From a virus (taxonomy: Duplodnaviria; Caudoviricetes): 64,000 nt of DNA. Below are positions 9,180 to 18,563 of this stretch, in pieces. The translations under genes were made by a program, and so were the position numbers. The stretch lies in the IMG/VR virus record IMGVR_UViG_3300035208_005974, positions 1 to 64,000 of that record, one strand, 5' to 3'. Position 1 is the stretch's first letter; every line of letters begins with the position of its first letter. The notes beneath the pieces were generated by a model. That model worked only from the letters and a program-made list of their open reading frames with translations. It made no database searches and was not told the DNA's origin.

Positions 9180-10601
9180 ATGTACATCCCAACCATTGAG
9201 GAAATCGAAGAGCAAATCAAATACGAAATAACAACACGACATCCACTTATACGAGACTTTTCTCCGGTCTCGATGCTAAGCATACTAACTGGTATCGTAG
9301 CCGGTCAAACATACCTACTTTACGAGCGTATCGATGATTCCACAAAAAGCGTATCAATACTTACCGCAACTGGCACCGATTTAGATGCCCTTGTTGTAGA
9401 TCGATTGCCAGCAGGCCGTCAAGCCGGAACCCAAGCAACAGGCTATCTTACCTTCAAGTGCGGAACTCCAGCAATCGCTGCCATACCGATCCCTATTGGA
9501 TCAAAGGCACTTGCTCTTGGACAAGACGGATCACGAATCTATTTCGAAACCACAGCTTACGGCGAAATTGCTATCGGCGACTATTCTGTAATTGTGGAGG
9601 CCCATGCCGTTGAACCAGGCACAAATGGCAACATAAGTGCATACCTTATAACGCAACTCCCATATAGTATTGAGGGTGTTGCGCGGGTAGAAAATGCAAC
9701 CGCTTTCGCGAATGGTACCGACGAAGAATCCGACGACGAACTAAGAACCCGTTACTACTATGCCGTACTTGTGCCCGGAAAAGCTACCCTTGAAGTCATT
9801 GAAGAACACCTAACTGACCTCGAAGACGTAAACGAATCCCATGTATATCCTCGCGGAAGTGGCGACATCGAAGTCATCGTCGACTACGATGAAGGAACAG
9901 GTTCTGACTCCCAAGAAATAATAGATTCCCTTGAAGAAAATATTGCAGCAGGCATAACGTCTCGTGGCATACTTGGAGCTACTATAACGTCCGGTGTCGT
10001 AGTAACTTCCATTGCAGAATGCTCGGGCGGAAAAATATGGGTTCGCGCCTTAGAAAACGTAATTGCTGGCGATTCAATGACCATCGAATACGTTGATAGC
10101 CTCGGAAGAACACGAACTTCCATTGTAGCAATTCCAATAAATACGTTGCGCGGCGACACCCTAGAAGCAACCTTAGAAGCTCCAACAGACCGTGCCGTCT
10201 CCATATCAAACATTACGTATGGCGACACACATTCCTATGATGTCTTAATCGGAATGGGTGAATATCCGTATCTTTATGTACTACCAAGAACAGTCGTTGT
10301 GGACGTCGCTATAAACATTACCAAAACATCTTATCCCGAAACCGATCTCGAAGACAACATAGAAAACTCCATAGAAACGTTCCTGAACTCGTATCATATC
10401 GGCGAAGACCTTGAATGGTCGGATGTATTTTTATACGTCTATATGGACCACGAAACCAGCCGAATGTTTGAAGGAATTGACACTGTTAATTCGTGTTCAA
10501 TTTCAGGTGCCGGAACCATAATATCTACAACCGGTTCCATAATAAACATTACCGAAGACCAAAGAATTCGACCAGGCACAATAACAGTAACTGTAACATA
10601 A
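9180..10601 (+). CDS. Baseplate J-like protein
   Basis: TATGTDLD, ATGYLTF, GTNGNI and GTDEESDDELRTR motifs of the baseplate J family. Confidence 0.9.
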   Translation: MYIPTIEEIEEQIKYEITTRHPLIRDFSPVSMLSILTGIVAGQTYLLYERIDDSTKSVSILTATGTDLDALVVDRLPAGRQAGTQATGYLTFKCGTPAIAAIPIPIGSKALALGQDGSRIYFETTAYGEIAIGDYSVIVEAHAVEPGTNGNISAYLITQLPYSIEGVARVENATAFANGTDEESDDELRTRYYYAVLVPGKATLEVIEEHLTDLEDVNESHVYPRGSGDIEVIVDYDEGTGSDSQEIIDSLEENIAAGITSRGILGATITSGVVVTSIAECSGGKIWVRALENVIAGDSMTIEYVDSLGRTRTSIVAIPINTLRGDTLEATLEAPTDRAVSISNITYGDTHSYDVLIGMGEYPYLYVLPRTVVVDVAINITKTSYPETDLEDNIENSIETFLNSYHIGEDLEWSDVFLYVYMDHETSRMFEGIDTVNSCSISGAGTIISTTGSIINITEDQRIRPGTITVTVT

Positions 10602-10658
10602 AGTCTACAAAATATGGCGTAGATATTTAAAAAAACAGCAATTTCGTTTATATACTAC

Positions 10659-10839
10659 CACGCGAAATCGCGTGTTTTCAGCCCCTAAAACCCACGATCT
10701 CTTTAGGGAAGTACAAATATTACTCAGAAAAAAGAACCGCGATTTTGCGGTATTATATGCCCATTTTCACCCTCAAACAAAGAAAGGACAAAACAACCAA
10801 AAGTTGTCTTGTCACCCCTCCTTGTCCTTTTGGTGGGCA
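10659..10839. other. Non-coding cluster of GC-richer hairpins
   Basis: cacgcg/cgcgtg (10659-74), ccctaaa/tttaggg (10683-708), accgcg/tgcggt (10736-51), aaaggacaa/ttgtccttt (10783-830), tgccca/tgggca (10758-839). Confidence 0.55.
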
Positions 10840-10899
10840 CATTATAAAACATTGTTTTAGTATATAAAGCTTTTGGTCGAACTTACTTAGCCTTGGCTA

Positions 10900-11105
10900 T
10901 CTTTATATATACTTATAATTTATATACTTATTACTTATATAGTATATACTTATAATATAATATAGTAATATACTAGTAATATAGTAAGTAATATAGTAAA
11001 TATAGTAAGTACATAGTGATTATATAGTAATATAGTAGTTATAGTGTAAAAGTAATTGGTCCGTAAACTTATAGTAATAGAAGTAATTTACTATACTACT
11101 CTATT
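10900..11105. repeat. AT-rich ATAGTA/TACTTA repeat tract; candidate replication origin
   Basis: Near-pure AT tract with repeated tatagtaa units. The + strand is C-rich to the left and G-rich to the right although flanking genes are on + on both sides. Confidence 0.55.
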
Positions 11106-11180
11106 AAACAATCTACGTATATTGGTTTTGCCCTAAATCCTTCTTATGTAGTAGTATGGTACTCTCTGTTTTTAATTTTC

Positions 11181-11200
11181 ATCCAAAACGTTTATATACT
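11181..11200 (+). promoter_or_regulatory. BRE-TATA promoter at the start of the early region
   Basis: atccaaaacgtttatatact matches the recurrent ACCAAAA-N2-4-TATA motif. Confidence 0.65.
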
Positions 11201-11306
11201 TAAACAACGTTTATGTAATTGCCCCAAACACATCAGAGAAAGGAGAAGGAAGCATTTGCTTTCTTTTCTTTTTTTGATGAAGAGGCAAAATTGCATGGTG
11301 ATGAAA

Positions 11307-11747
11307 ATGAAAGTAGAAGATGTAAAGTTAGGCATGGAAGTTCTTGTTACTGATTCATTTCAGACGGTTAATGGATTTACGCCAGCAGGAATTGTTGGAA
11401 AGATCCGAGGAATTATGTACAACGACGGTGATATGTATAATGACTTCAATGAATGTATTGTGTTGAAAATAGGAAGCGATAATCGTATATATGAAGTTCC
11501 GCTTGAAGGCGTACAGCCAATAATTGATTATGTGCCAAGGAAAGGGGATGCTATACTATTTAATTATACAAATGGTGATGAAATTGAGGGCACAATACTG
11601 GATTTTGGTTATCGGAAAGATGATTATGCATTATTTGTAATGATAAAAGAACAACCCGATTATGCGGATTATAGTTTTGATTGTATTTCTAGTAAACGGG
11701 TTTTGAAAGTTGTTTATCGTTATTGTTTACATGAGGAAAGAAATTAA
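11307..11747 (+). CDS. Hypothetical protein (possible SH3/KOW-like beta barrels)
   Basis: RBS GGTGA before ATG 11307; KLGMEVLV and RKGDAILF patterns. Confidence 0.55.
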   Translation: MKVEDVKLGMEVLVTDSFQTVNGFTPAGIVGKIRGIMYNDGDMYNDFNECIVLKIGSDNRIYEVPLEGVQPIIDYVPRKGDAILFNYTNGDEIEGTILDFGYRKDDYALFVMIKEQPDYADYSFDCISSKRVLKVVYRYCLHEERN

Positions 11748-12182
11748 CGTTTGTTGAAAAAACAAGTAGTTGAATCGTATGGGTAAAATATCATGTAACC
11801 AAATTTGTTATATACTAAAAGGTTAGTTATAAAAATATATATTGTATGAGGTAGTGTATATGTGCAAATTCGGGTACTTCAAGAATCGCATATATCGATG
11901 CATTTTGGACCACGGCAATACATGTGATTATGAAACAGCATGTGAACGTACATGTGAGTGTCCGAATTGGCAGGATCATATGGATTCCGAAAAGTTGGAA
12001 GCATTTGTATGAAGAATTACACAGAGATAATATGCCTAATCTGGAATGCACTATATGAATGTAGATATACTCCAGGTTTTATAGAAGAATTAGCATGGAA
12101 ACTTGCTTCTAGTTGTACATGCCATAAGTGTAGTGCTTTTAGAAAATGCTATGCTGAGAAATAATTAATTAACAAATTGTTT

Positions 12183-12264
12183 GCTAGATTACGGAATTGG
12201 AAAACCGAAGGACCTCAAGAGCCTTTGCTGTGGAGCTTTGTGGGTTCGAATCCCTCATCTAGCA
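12183..12264 (+). tRNA. tRNA-Leu(CAA)
   Basis: Acceptor GCTAGAT/ATCTAGC with discriminator A; D stem CGG/CCG; anticodon loop CTCAAGA; long variable arm GCT-GTGG-AGC; T arm GTGGG-TTCGAAT-CCCTC. Confidence 0.85.
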
Positions 12265-12364
12265 TATAGTAATTATGAAAGGTGTTATTATTTAGACGAA
12301 CTATCAAGTTTATTTAAGTGTTATAATGTGTGGCAAAAAATCATTAATAATTGCGGAGGTAATA

Positions 12365-12658
12365 ATGACCAATAATTGTACGTGTAAATCATGTGGCCGC
12401 GAATATCACCATTGTTCTACTTGTGGATATGACGGTGAATGGTATGATCAATATGAATATTGTTGTGAAAGTTGTGCAGAAAAAAGTTCAAGTCATATAA
12501 ATCTTAAGACGAAAATAGTGGAATTTATCGAATCGTTGTCAAAAGAACAAAGAGTAACTTTTATGGATATAATGGAAAGTGACGACGGTGAGGTTTTCGA
12601 TATCATTAATAAGGATTTAATGGGTAGAATTGGAGTGGAGGCGTGGGGATACTGGTAA
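12365..12658 (+). CDS. Cys-rich zinc-binding protein
   Basis: CKSC..HCSTC..CCESC; RBS GGAGGT. Confidence 0.6.
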   Translation: MTNNCTCKSCGREYHHCSTCGYDGEWYDQYEYCCESCAEKSSSHINLKTKIVEFIESLSKEQRVTFMDIMESDDGEVFDIINKDLMGRIGVEAWGYW

Positions 12659-13046
12659 CGGACATTATAACCGGGCAAAATTTTTGGAGACACTAGCAAT
12701 GTATTATGATAATCGTACTAGATTAAATATTGTTCGTTCCTGGAATATTCGGCCCGGTGATTTTGTAAACCTGGTTAGTTGGTCCGGCGATGTTTGGGCT
12801 GAGGTTAAGAAAGTTGTAGGAACGTGGATTGTGGTATATAGACACGATGGAAAGTATGAAACCGACATGGTGGATATTGCCAATGTTCGGAAATTGTGCC
12901 GAAAAGAAAATATTGATAAAATCGCTACTTGTCAGTTGATAACGGAAGGTGGCATAATTCCTGCAACCTTTCCAATGAATACGGATGCGAGAACATTTGC
13001 TGGTGACAAGAATATTTATGTAAAAGATAACGAAGATATTCATTAA
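12630..13046 (+). CDS. Hypothetical protein
   Basis: ORF overlaps the previous gene; start uncertain. Confidence 0.5.
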   Translation: MEWRRGDTGNGHYNRAKFLETLAMYYDNRTRLNIVRSWNIRPGDFVNLVSWSGDVWAEVKKVVGTWIVVYRHDGKYETDMVDIANVRKLCRKENIDKIATCQLITEGGIIPATFPMNTDARTFAGDKNIYVKDNEDIH

Positions 13047-13263
13047 CCAAAACCTTTATATACTGGGAAAATAATTTAGTTGATGTTAACATGTGCTATG
13101 TTATTAGGTTTTTGATATCGTAGTCTATTGTTAACCAAAAGTCATAAATACTAGAATACCAAAATGTATTTATATTAGAACAATGTAGTTGTAATTATTG
13201 TGTCAAATGACACATAATATTTGAACGCGAAAAAATATTGGAAAATGATGGAGAATTAAAAAT

Positions 13264-14034
13264 ATGAGCAATTCAGCATGGGACGAGCAGATCGTCGTAA
13301 AGGGAGCAGGAGTACCGACTGGCGTATATGAGACCGTTTTCAAGGACGTTGTTCGAGAGAATAAGGTTGTGCAGTATCGAAGTGGTCTTTCTGGTCAGAA
13401 GGTTATCGGAAAAGAGTATGATAGTCTGGATGCCGACCAGAAAGCTATCGTCGACGGAATTCCTGACGAATATTGGCCACAGAGACCAAATGATGATGCG
13501 CCTCGTATGAAGGCAGCTTTCGTTGATCAGTATAGATTTATTTTCACTGATCCAAAAACCGGAACAGATCTGAAGTTTGGTGCAGTATTTCCAGTGGTTC
13601 AGTATTCTAAAGATGGTACTGTAATTTCTGCAAGCAATAAGGGTTTAGTGGATTTCATTACCCAGGCAACCGGAGCACCTATTGTACCTGGTGATACATT
13701 TACCGTCCGGGATTACATTAAGCCTGGGGATGAATTCAGACTAGAGCTTGTAAAGAACGGCAATTTCACGGAGATCGACAAGACCAGTGTGGTTAAGAAG
13801 GAGCTAGCAAAGCCCATTGTAAAGGGAGTTGAAGCACTTTCGCCGAAAGCAAAGGAACTACTTGAGTTTCTGAAGGCAAACTACCAAGGAAGACCTAAGA
13901 GAGACGTTGTCGACCTATATGGTACCGGACAGTTTGGTACTCTCCAGGAAACAATGTCAGCTTGGCAGGAAATCATGAAGAATGTGCCATATTCTTCTGA
14001 TGGAAAGACACTAGACTTTTCTGAGGCAGTTTAG
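13264..14034 (+). CDS. Hypothetical protein, possibly ssDNA-binding/recombination
   Basis: Own promoter (13133) and RBS; VPTGVYETVFKDV N-terminus resembles viral SSB-like proteins; upstream of the ATPase and ERCC4 nuclease; ends at hairpin gaggcag/ctgcctc. Confidence 0.45.
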   Translation: MSNSAWDEQIVVKGAGVPTGVYETVFKDVVRENKVVQYRSGLSGQKVIGKEYDSLDADQKAIVDGIPDEYWPQRPNDDAPRMKAAFVDQYRFIFTDPKTGTDLKFGAVFPVVQYSKDGTVISASNKGLVDFITQATGAPIVPGDTFTVRDYIKPGDEFRLELVKNGNFTEIDKTSVVKKELAKPIVKGVEALSPKAKELLEFLKANYQGRPKRDVVDLYGTGQFGTLQETMSAWQEIMKNVPYSSDGKTLDFSEAV

Positions 14035-14073
14035 GGCTGCCTCCCTCCCTTTATGTTTTTGGAGGTCTAGAAA

Positions 14074-14235
14074 ATGTCGAGAATATGTGTAGATCTTTCT
14101 GACATGGATGAAGAATATTTCAGAACAATGTGTTGCCGGGAAGGAGAATCAACGACATTGGCTCTTGCCAGAATCGTGCAATGTGAAATAAAGAATAAAC
14201 GTTTGCAGGTTGATCTGCGAGATGGTGGAAGGTAA
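14074..14235 (+). CDS. Ribbon-helix-helix DNA-binding protein (53 aa, not in ORF track)
   Basis: RBS GGAGGT; MSRICVDLSDMDEEYFRTMCCREGESTTLALARIVQCEI fits a beta-alpha-alpha RHH pattern. Confidence 0.5.
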   Translation: MSRICVDLSDMDEEYFRTMCCREGESTTLALARIVQCEIKNKRLQVDLRDGGR

Positions 14236-14316
14236 CAATTGTATAAATTATAATAATAATAATAGTGTAGTATAAAAAATAAAAATAACATTTATATTCT
14301 TTTTAGGTTGTTTACT

Positions 14317-15132
14317 ATGACTGATGTAATTAATGGAGACGTTGTTGGCATACCAGAAGGGGAGGTAGAATATCCTCTTTTGGGTAGTTTGTGGGCTGGT
14401 ACCAAAAAAGGAAAAACGTGGTTTGGAGCCAGCATGCCCAATGCAGTTTTGATTGATTTTCCGCCAGCAAAGTTGTCGTTTGGTAAGGTAGAAATTGATC
14501 AAATTGCTTTGAAAAGAACGGTGGGCGAAGGTTTCCGAAGTTTGTTTAGTCCAATTCGGCAAGCAGACGGCACCCTTATTTGGAGACCAAAAATTAAGGG
14601 ATTTGACTACAAGAACCAGTATCACTTTGTGAAATCCTGGGAGGAATTTCAGGTTGCTATCGAGAAGGCATCTTATTATGCTGATGATATTTCTACACTG
14701 AATTCTGGGAAAGTCTGGGTAGTTCTGGATGACACTTATAGGTGGCGCGCACTAGAAATCCTGCATTACATTACCAAAAATAAAAGAAAATGGCCATCAC
14801 AGCAAGAATTTGGACTCATAACGCAAGCAATGTCTAGCCAAATAACAACTATCCAAAACTTCGCGAATGTTTTGTTGGTTCACAGGGCAGGTAAAGACTT
14901 CGATACTGGTGAAGTGATTCCATTAATTTATCCCTCTTCAGCAGATTTTAATTCCGATATTGTAGTCGAACTGGAACATCGTCAAATGACAGACGGCAAA
15001 CATCAAGTTGCTATAATTCATAGTACTGGTCACGATTTTCCGTGCAACAACCCAAATTATAAAAATGAAGTAATTGATCCTACACCGGATATGGTGTTAG
15101 CTACTGCTAAGATACCGTCTTGCTTGTGGTGA
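14317..15132 (+). CDS. P-loop ATPase (AAA_24/Sak4-like recombination ATPase)
   Basis: Walker A-like AGTKKGKT, Walker B VVLDD, LLVH; next to a nuclease. Confidence 0.6.
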   Translation: MTDVINGDVVGIPEGEVEYPLLGSLWAGTKKGKTWFGASMPNAVLIDFPPAKLSFGKVEIDQIALKRTVGEGFRSLFSPIRQADGTLIWRPKIKGFDYKNQYHFVKSWEEFQVAIEKASYYADDISTLNSGKVWVVLDDTYRWRALEILHYITKNKRKWPSQQEFGLITQAMSSQITTIQNFANVLLVHRAGKDFDTGEVIPLIYPSSADFNSDIVVELEHRQMTDGKHQVAIIHSTGHDFPCNNPNYKNEVIDPTPDMVLATAKIPSCLW

Positions 15133-15137
15133 CTAAA

Positions 15138-15530
15138 ATGGAACTACGATATACTTGTGATTGTGGTCATGAAAATTTGTGGCCAGTACTTGAAGGAAAA
15201 ATTTCCAACTTTGTTTGTGAGGGCTGTGGGGAGTTTATAGGGGCATACGGAAATGATGGTCTAAAGTTTGCCGATGGAAAGGGTATTGGATTATATAAAA
15301 AATATGACTATCTTGCAAAAGAACTTGTTTTGGTTAGATATAATGACCAGCCGCTTGGTTCTATTGAACCGATAAATATTGTTTGGTCGGTTGGAACTCC
15401 GTTTCATACTACAAATTGGGATGGTCAACTAATTAATGGTAACGCAACGTATACCATAACTCCCAATACAAATTATCATGTGCACAATAATTATTATCCA
15501 ACTGTTACTTATCAGTGGCACCAAGTATGA
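15138..15530 (+). CDS. Zinc-ribbon protein
   Basis: CDCG...CEGCG; RBS GGTGA. Confidence 0.55.
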   Translation: MELRYTCDCGHENLWPVLEGKISNFVCEGCGEFIGAYGNDGLKFADGKGIGLYKKYDYLAKELVLVRYNDQPLGSIEPINIVWSVGTPFHTTNWDGQLINGNATYTITPNTNYHVHNNYYPTVTYQWHQV

Positions 15531-16147
15531 CGATTCAAGTAGATACTCGGGAACATTTGATACCCCAAATCAAGGATCATCTTGTAACTTCAATAATTGG
15601 GCCAGAAGTTCCCGAATTTATTTTTAAGTGTTTGCCACTTGCAGATTATTTATTGGACAACAGTGGTCACACCATTTTAATCGAAAGAAAAAGCGTTAGC
15701 GACTTTTCAAGTTCTTTCAAGGAGTTAAAAGGGCGACTTGCAAAAATGCGTCTTCTTGATTATGATAGAACTGGTTTGTTGTTGGAAGGTACTTATAGTG
15801 TAGCACAAGGTTATATTTGGTTTTATAGAAGCAGTGAATTAGTTCCAGGTATAAAATATAGCACAATGTGCAATTTTCTAACTCACCAACAAGAACTTGG
15901 AACACGCATGTATCGGACACTTTCTCTCGAAGAAACCATCTGGAAGCTAATACACATACATAATTATTTACCGAAGTTGGATGAACCAGCACCCGCCTTG
16001 AAGTGCGGGTCTGCTACAGAATTATTTGTACAGTTGCCAGGTATTGGTCCAAAGTCCGTAAAAAAACTCAAAGATACTTATATTACCCCGTATGATGCGT
16101 TGCTGAATTTGTCCGGAAAGTCTAAGAAAGTTTTGGAGAAGTGGTGA
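15527..16147 (+). CDS. ERCC4 (XPF/Hef-like) nuclease with HhH tail
   Basis: VDTRE, ADY and IERKS motifs; LPGIGPK helix-hairpin-helix. Confidence 0.85.
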   Translation: MTIQVDTREHLIPQIKDHLVTSIIGPEVPEFIFKCLPLADYLLDNSGHTILIERKSVSDFSSSFKELKGRLAKMRLLDYDRTGLLLEGTYSVAQGYIWFYRSSELVPGIKYSTMCNFLTHQQELGTRMYRTLSLEETIWKLIHIHNYLPKLDEPAPALKCGSATELFVQLPGIGPKSVKKLKDTYITPYDALLNLSGKSKKVLEKW

Positions 16148-16148
16148 A

Positions 16149-16643
16149 ATGATTTTAACAGGTAAACAAATTTTAGAAGGAAAGATAGTTTCTGATGTTA
16201 TTGATACAACATTACAAGAACAGTCATGTGGCGTTGATTTAACAATTTCGAAAATTGAAACTTACATGAGTGCTGGTGTTATAGATTTCGATAATTCTAA
16301 GAGAGAAAAGCCCAGAATGTCAGAAATTTCTTTTATTGACGGTGAATGTGACTTAAATCCAGGTGCTTATCTTGCAACGTTCAATGAAACTATATCTGTT
16401 CCCATAGACAAAGTCGGTATTGCAATGCCTAGGTCCACTATGCTGAGGTGCGGTGCTACCATGGAAACTTCCATTTGGGATCCAGGATACATTGGTAAGT
16501 CTCAATCTATGCTGGTTGTTTATAATAAACAAGGCATCAGACTATGTAAGAATGCTAGAATCATGCAAATAATGTTCATGGATGCTGGGCAGGTCGCCGA
16601 CGCATATTCCGGTATCTATAATGGCGAAGGATTAAAACAATAA
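16149..16643 (+). CDS. dut: Trimeric dUTPase / dCTP deaminase family, archaeal type
   Basis: GVDLT, PRSTMLRCG, WDPGYIG, ARIMQ and YSGIYNG motifs. Confidence 0.85.
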   Translation: MILTGKQILEGKIVSDVIDTTLQEQSCGVDLTISKIETYMSAGVIDFDNSKREKPRMSEISFIDGECDLNPGAYLATFNETISVPIDKVGIAMPRSTMLRCGATMETSIWDPGYIGKSQSMLVVYNKQGIRLCKNARIMQIMFMDAGQVADAYSGIYNGEGLKQ

Positions 16644-16679
16644 AATTACTTTTTTGTATTATTTTTTGGGAGCATCACT

Positions 16680-17030
16680 TTGAAAATATATGTGACGTCT
16701 TCTATAGCAAACATAGAACATATTAAAAATGCTGTAGCAATGCTTCAGAAACATAATCACGTCGTTTATAAGTGTACTGATTCTTTTCAAACCAACAAAG
16801 GGTTGATAGAACTTTCTGACGTAATGATAATGATCGTGCCTTGCGGAATTTGGTCACATTTTGAAATGGGTTATGCACAAGGAATTAATAAACGAGCCAT
16901 AATATATTGTATTGATAGTAAAAGTGATTTGGACATATATAGATTTACTGATTTTGTTACAACTTCAATATATGACGTTCTTTATATTTTAATGCGCTGG
17001 GAAAAGGATATAAATGATAAGAATAATTAA
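16680..17030 (+). CDS. Nucleoside 2-deoxyribosyltransferase-like protein
   Basis: MKIYV..., IELSDVMI and SHFEMGYAQGINK match the NDT-family E-x-G-Y-A motif. Confidence 0.6.
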   Translation: MKIYVTSSIANIEHIKNAVAMLQKHNHVVYKCTDSFQTNKGLIELSDVMIMIVPCGIWSHFEMGYAQGINKRAIIYCIDSKSDLDIYRFTDFVTTSIYDVLYILMRWEKDINDKNN

Positions 17031-17301
17031 TAATTTTATAGTAAATATATTTGATATATTGTCTTGTCCATTTAATAATAATATCAAACAAAATGTTTAT
17101 TGTTACTTACAGAGTATGCAAGACGACGGTTTTATTAAGTCATTTGATTTACAAGTATCAGAAAACTCGATATTGATTACAGTTCCGGAAATGTTTAAAA
17201 TGAATGTTGATAGATCGGAAAAAATTTTTAGTATCGAGAAATATGGTCATATTGAAAGTATTTGTACGGATTTTAATATGGATATAGTTCAAAAACAGTA
17301 A
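17014..17301 (+). CDS. Hypothetical protein
   Basis: ORF coupled to both neighbours. Confidence 0.45.
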   Translation: MIRIINNFIVNIFDILSCPFNNNIKQNVYCYLQSMQDDGFIKSFDLQVSENSILITVPEMFKMNVDRSEKIFSIEKYGHIESICTDFNMDIVQKQ

Positions 17302-17765
17302 TGGATATTTTTATGTTGTTTAGGTGTGCTGGAATTCAATCTGGTACCGTAAATGGTATCGGAATTTCTTTGGAAGTATGGTTCCAGGGGTGCAAGTTTG
17401 GTTGTCCAGGATGTCAGAATACGGATTTACAAAATTTGGACGGTGGTCAACTTATTGATACTGATATGGTTTTGGAACATTTAAATAATTATGATGGTTT
17501 TTATAATAGTATTGTTTTTTTAGGAGGAGAGCCTGTTTTACAACCAAAAGCTTTATATAGTATAGCAACTAAATGTAATATTCAGTCTATTTTATATACA
17601 GGATTTTTATATGAAGAACTTCCAGAAGATATACAAGATGTTATTGATTTTGTCGTAGACGGTACTTATAAGCAAGAACTACAAACAAGTGGTTTTCCAG
17701 CATCGAGCAATCAACGAATTTGGCACAATGGTAAAATAATACACAAAGATTTCAGGAAGTTATAA
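17301..17765 (+). CDS. nrdG: Anaerobic ribonucleotide reductase activase (radical SAM)
   Basis: WFQGCKFGCPGCQN, LGGEP, YTG, VDG and SSNQRI motifs. Confidence 0.9.
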   Translation: MDIFMLFRCAGIQSGTVNGIGISLEVWFQGCKFGCPGCQNTDLQNLDGGQLIDTDMVLEHLNNYDGFYNSIVFLGGEPVLQPKALYSIATKCNIQSILYTGFLYEELPEDIQDVIDFVVDGTYKQELQTSGFPASSNQRIWHNGKIIHKDFRKL

Positions 17766-18524
17766 ATGACATTAACAGTAGGTTCTTTATTTTCTGGTAT
17801 AGGTGGTTTTGATTTAGGTTTTGAGAAAGCTGGTATGGAAATTCGGTGGCAAGTAGAAATTGATGAATTTTGTCAAAAAGTATTAGAACAGCATTGGCCA
17901 AATGTTGAAAGATTTGATGACATAAAAAATATACAAGAATTACCATATGTTGATCTTATATGCGGAGGATTTCCATGCCAGCCTGTATCCACATGTGGTA
18001 GGCATAAAGGTGATGAAGATGAAAGATGGTTATGGCCAGAATTTTATAGAATTGTTTGCATGGTTAAGCCAAAGTGGATTGTGGTTGAAAATGTCGTTGG
18101 GTTACTTTCTGCAAAAAATGGACAACTTTTCGGAGGAATACTTAGAGACTTGGCCCAAAGCGGGTACAATGCGGAATGGCAAGTGTTTTCGGCATCCCAA
18201 TTTGGATTACCCCACGTTAGAAAAAGGATATTCTTGGTTGCCTACACCAATAGCAAGCGATTACATAAGAATATATTTTCGAAAGAAAGTTATTTACAAT
18301 ATGACAAGAAAAGGCAAATTGCTTCAAATAACACTTCCATATATATTGATGTTTTTAAACGTTTCTATCCAAACATATCCGATTATATACGAGAGGATAA
18401 TGGGATATCCAGCGAATTGGACGAATTTAGAAAAGAAAGAATAAAATCAATCGGCAATTCTATTGTTCCGACAATTGCTGAATATATAGGAAAATCTATA
18501 ATAAATTCCACTAATGATTACTAA
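17766..18524 (+). CDS. dcm: C5-cytosine DNA methyltransferase, alpha chain (lacks motif IX)
   Basis: SLFSGIGG (I), GGFPCQ (IV), ENV (VI), HVRKRIF (VIII), IGNSIVP (X). Confidence 0.9.
   Translation: MTLTVGSLFSGIGGFDLGFEKAGMEIRWQVEIDEFCQKVLEQHWPNVERFDDIKNIQELPYVDLICGGFPCQPVSTCGRHKGDEDERWLWPEFYRIVCMVKPKWIVVENVVGLLSAKNGQLFGGILRDLAQSGYNAEWQVFSASQFGLPHVRKRIFLVAYTNSKRLHKNIFSKESYLQYDKKRQIASNNTSIYIDVFKRFYPNISDYIREDNGISSELDEFRKERIKSIGNSIVPTIAEYIGKSIINSTNDY
17947..18444 (+). CDS. C5 methyltransferase beta chain, nested in the +1 frame (TRD plus motif IX)
   Basis: WPKAGTMRNG, WLPTPIASD and C-terminal YERIMGYPANWT (motif IX) lie wholly inside dcm; true start uncertain. Confidence 0.75.
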   Translation: MLILYAEDFHASLYPHVVGIKVMKMKDGYGQNFIELFAWLSQSGLWLKMSLGYFLQKMDNFSEEYLETWPKAGTMRNGKCFRHPNLDYPTLEKGYSWLPTPIASDYIRIYFRKKVIYNMTRKGKLLQITLPYILMFLNVSIQTYPIIYERIMGYPANWTNLEKKE

Positions 18525-18563
18525 ATAATTTATTATTTTTAATAAATATCAGGAAGAATTACA

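Noticed and set aside
10672-10860. 62-aa ORF in the hairpin region
   Set aside because: No RBS or protein-like features; the region is better explained as structured non-coding sequence.
12181-12375. 64-aa ORF
   Set aside because: Overlaps the tRNA-Leu cloverleaf from its first base.
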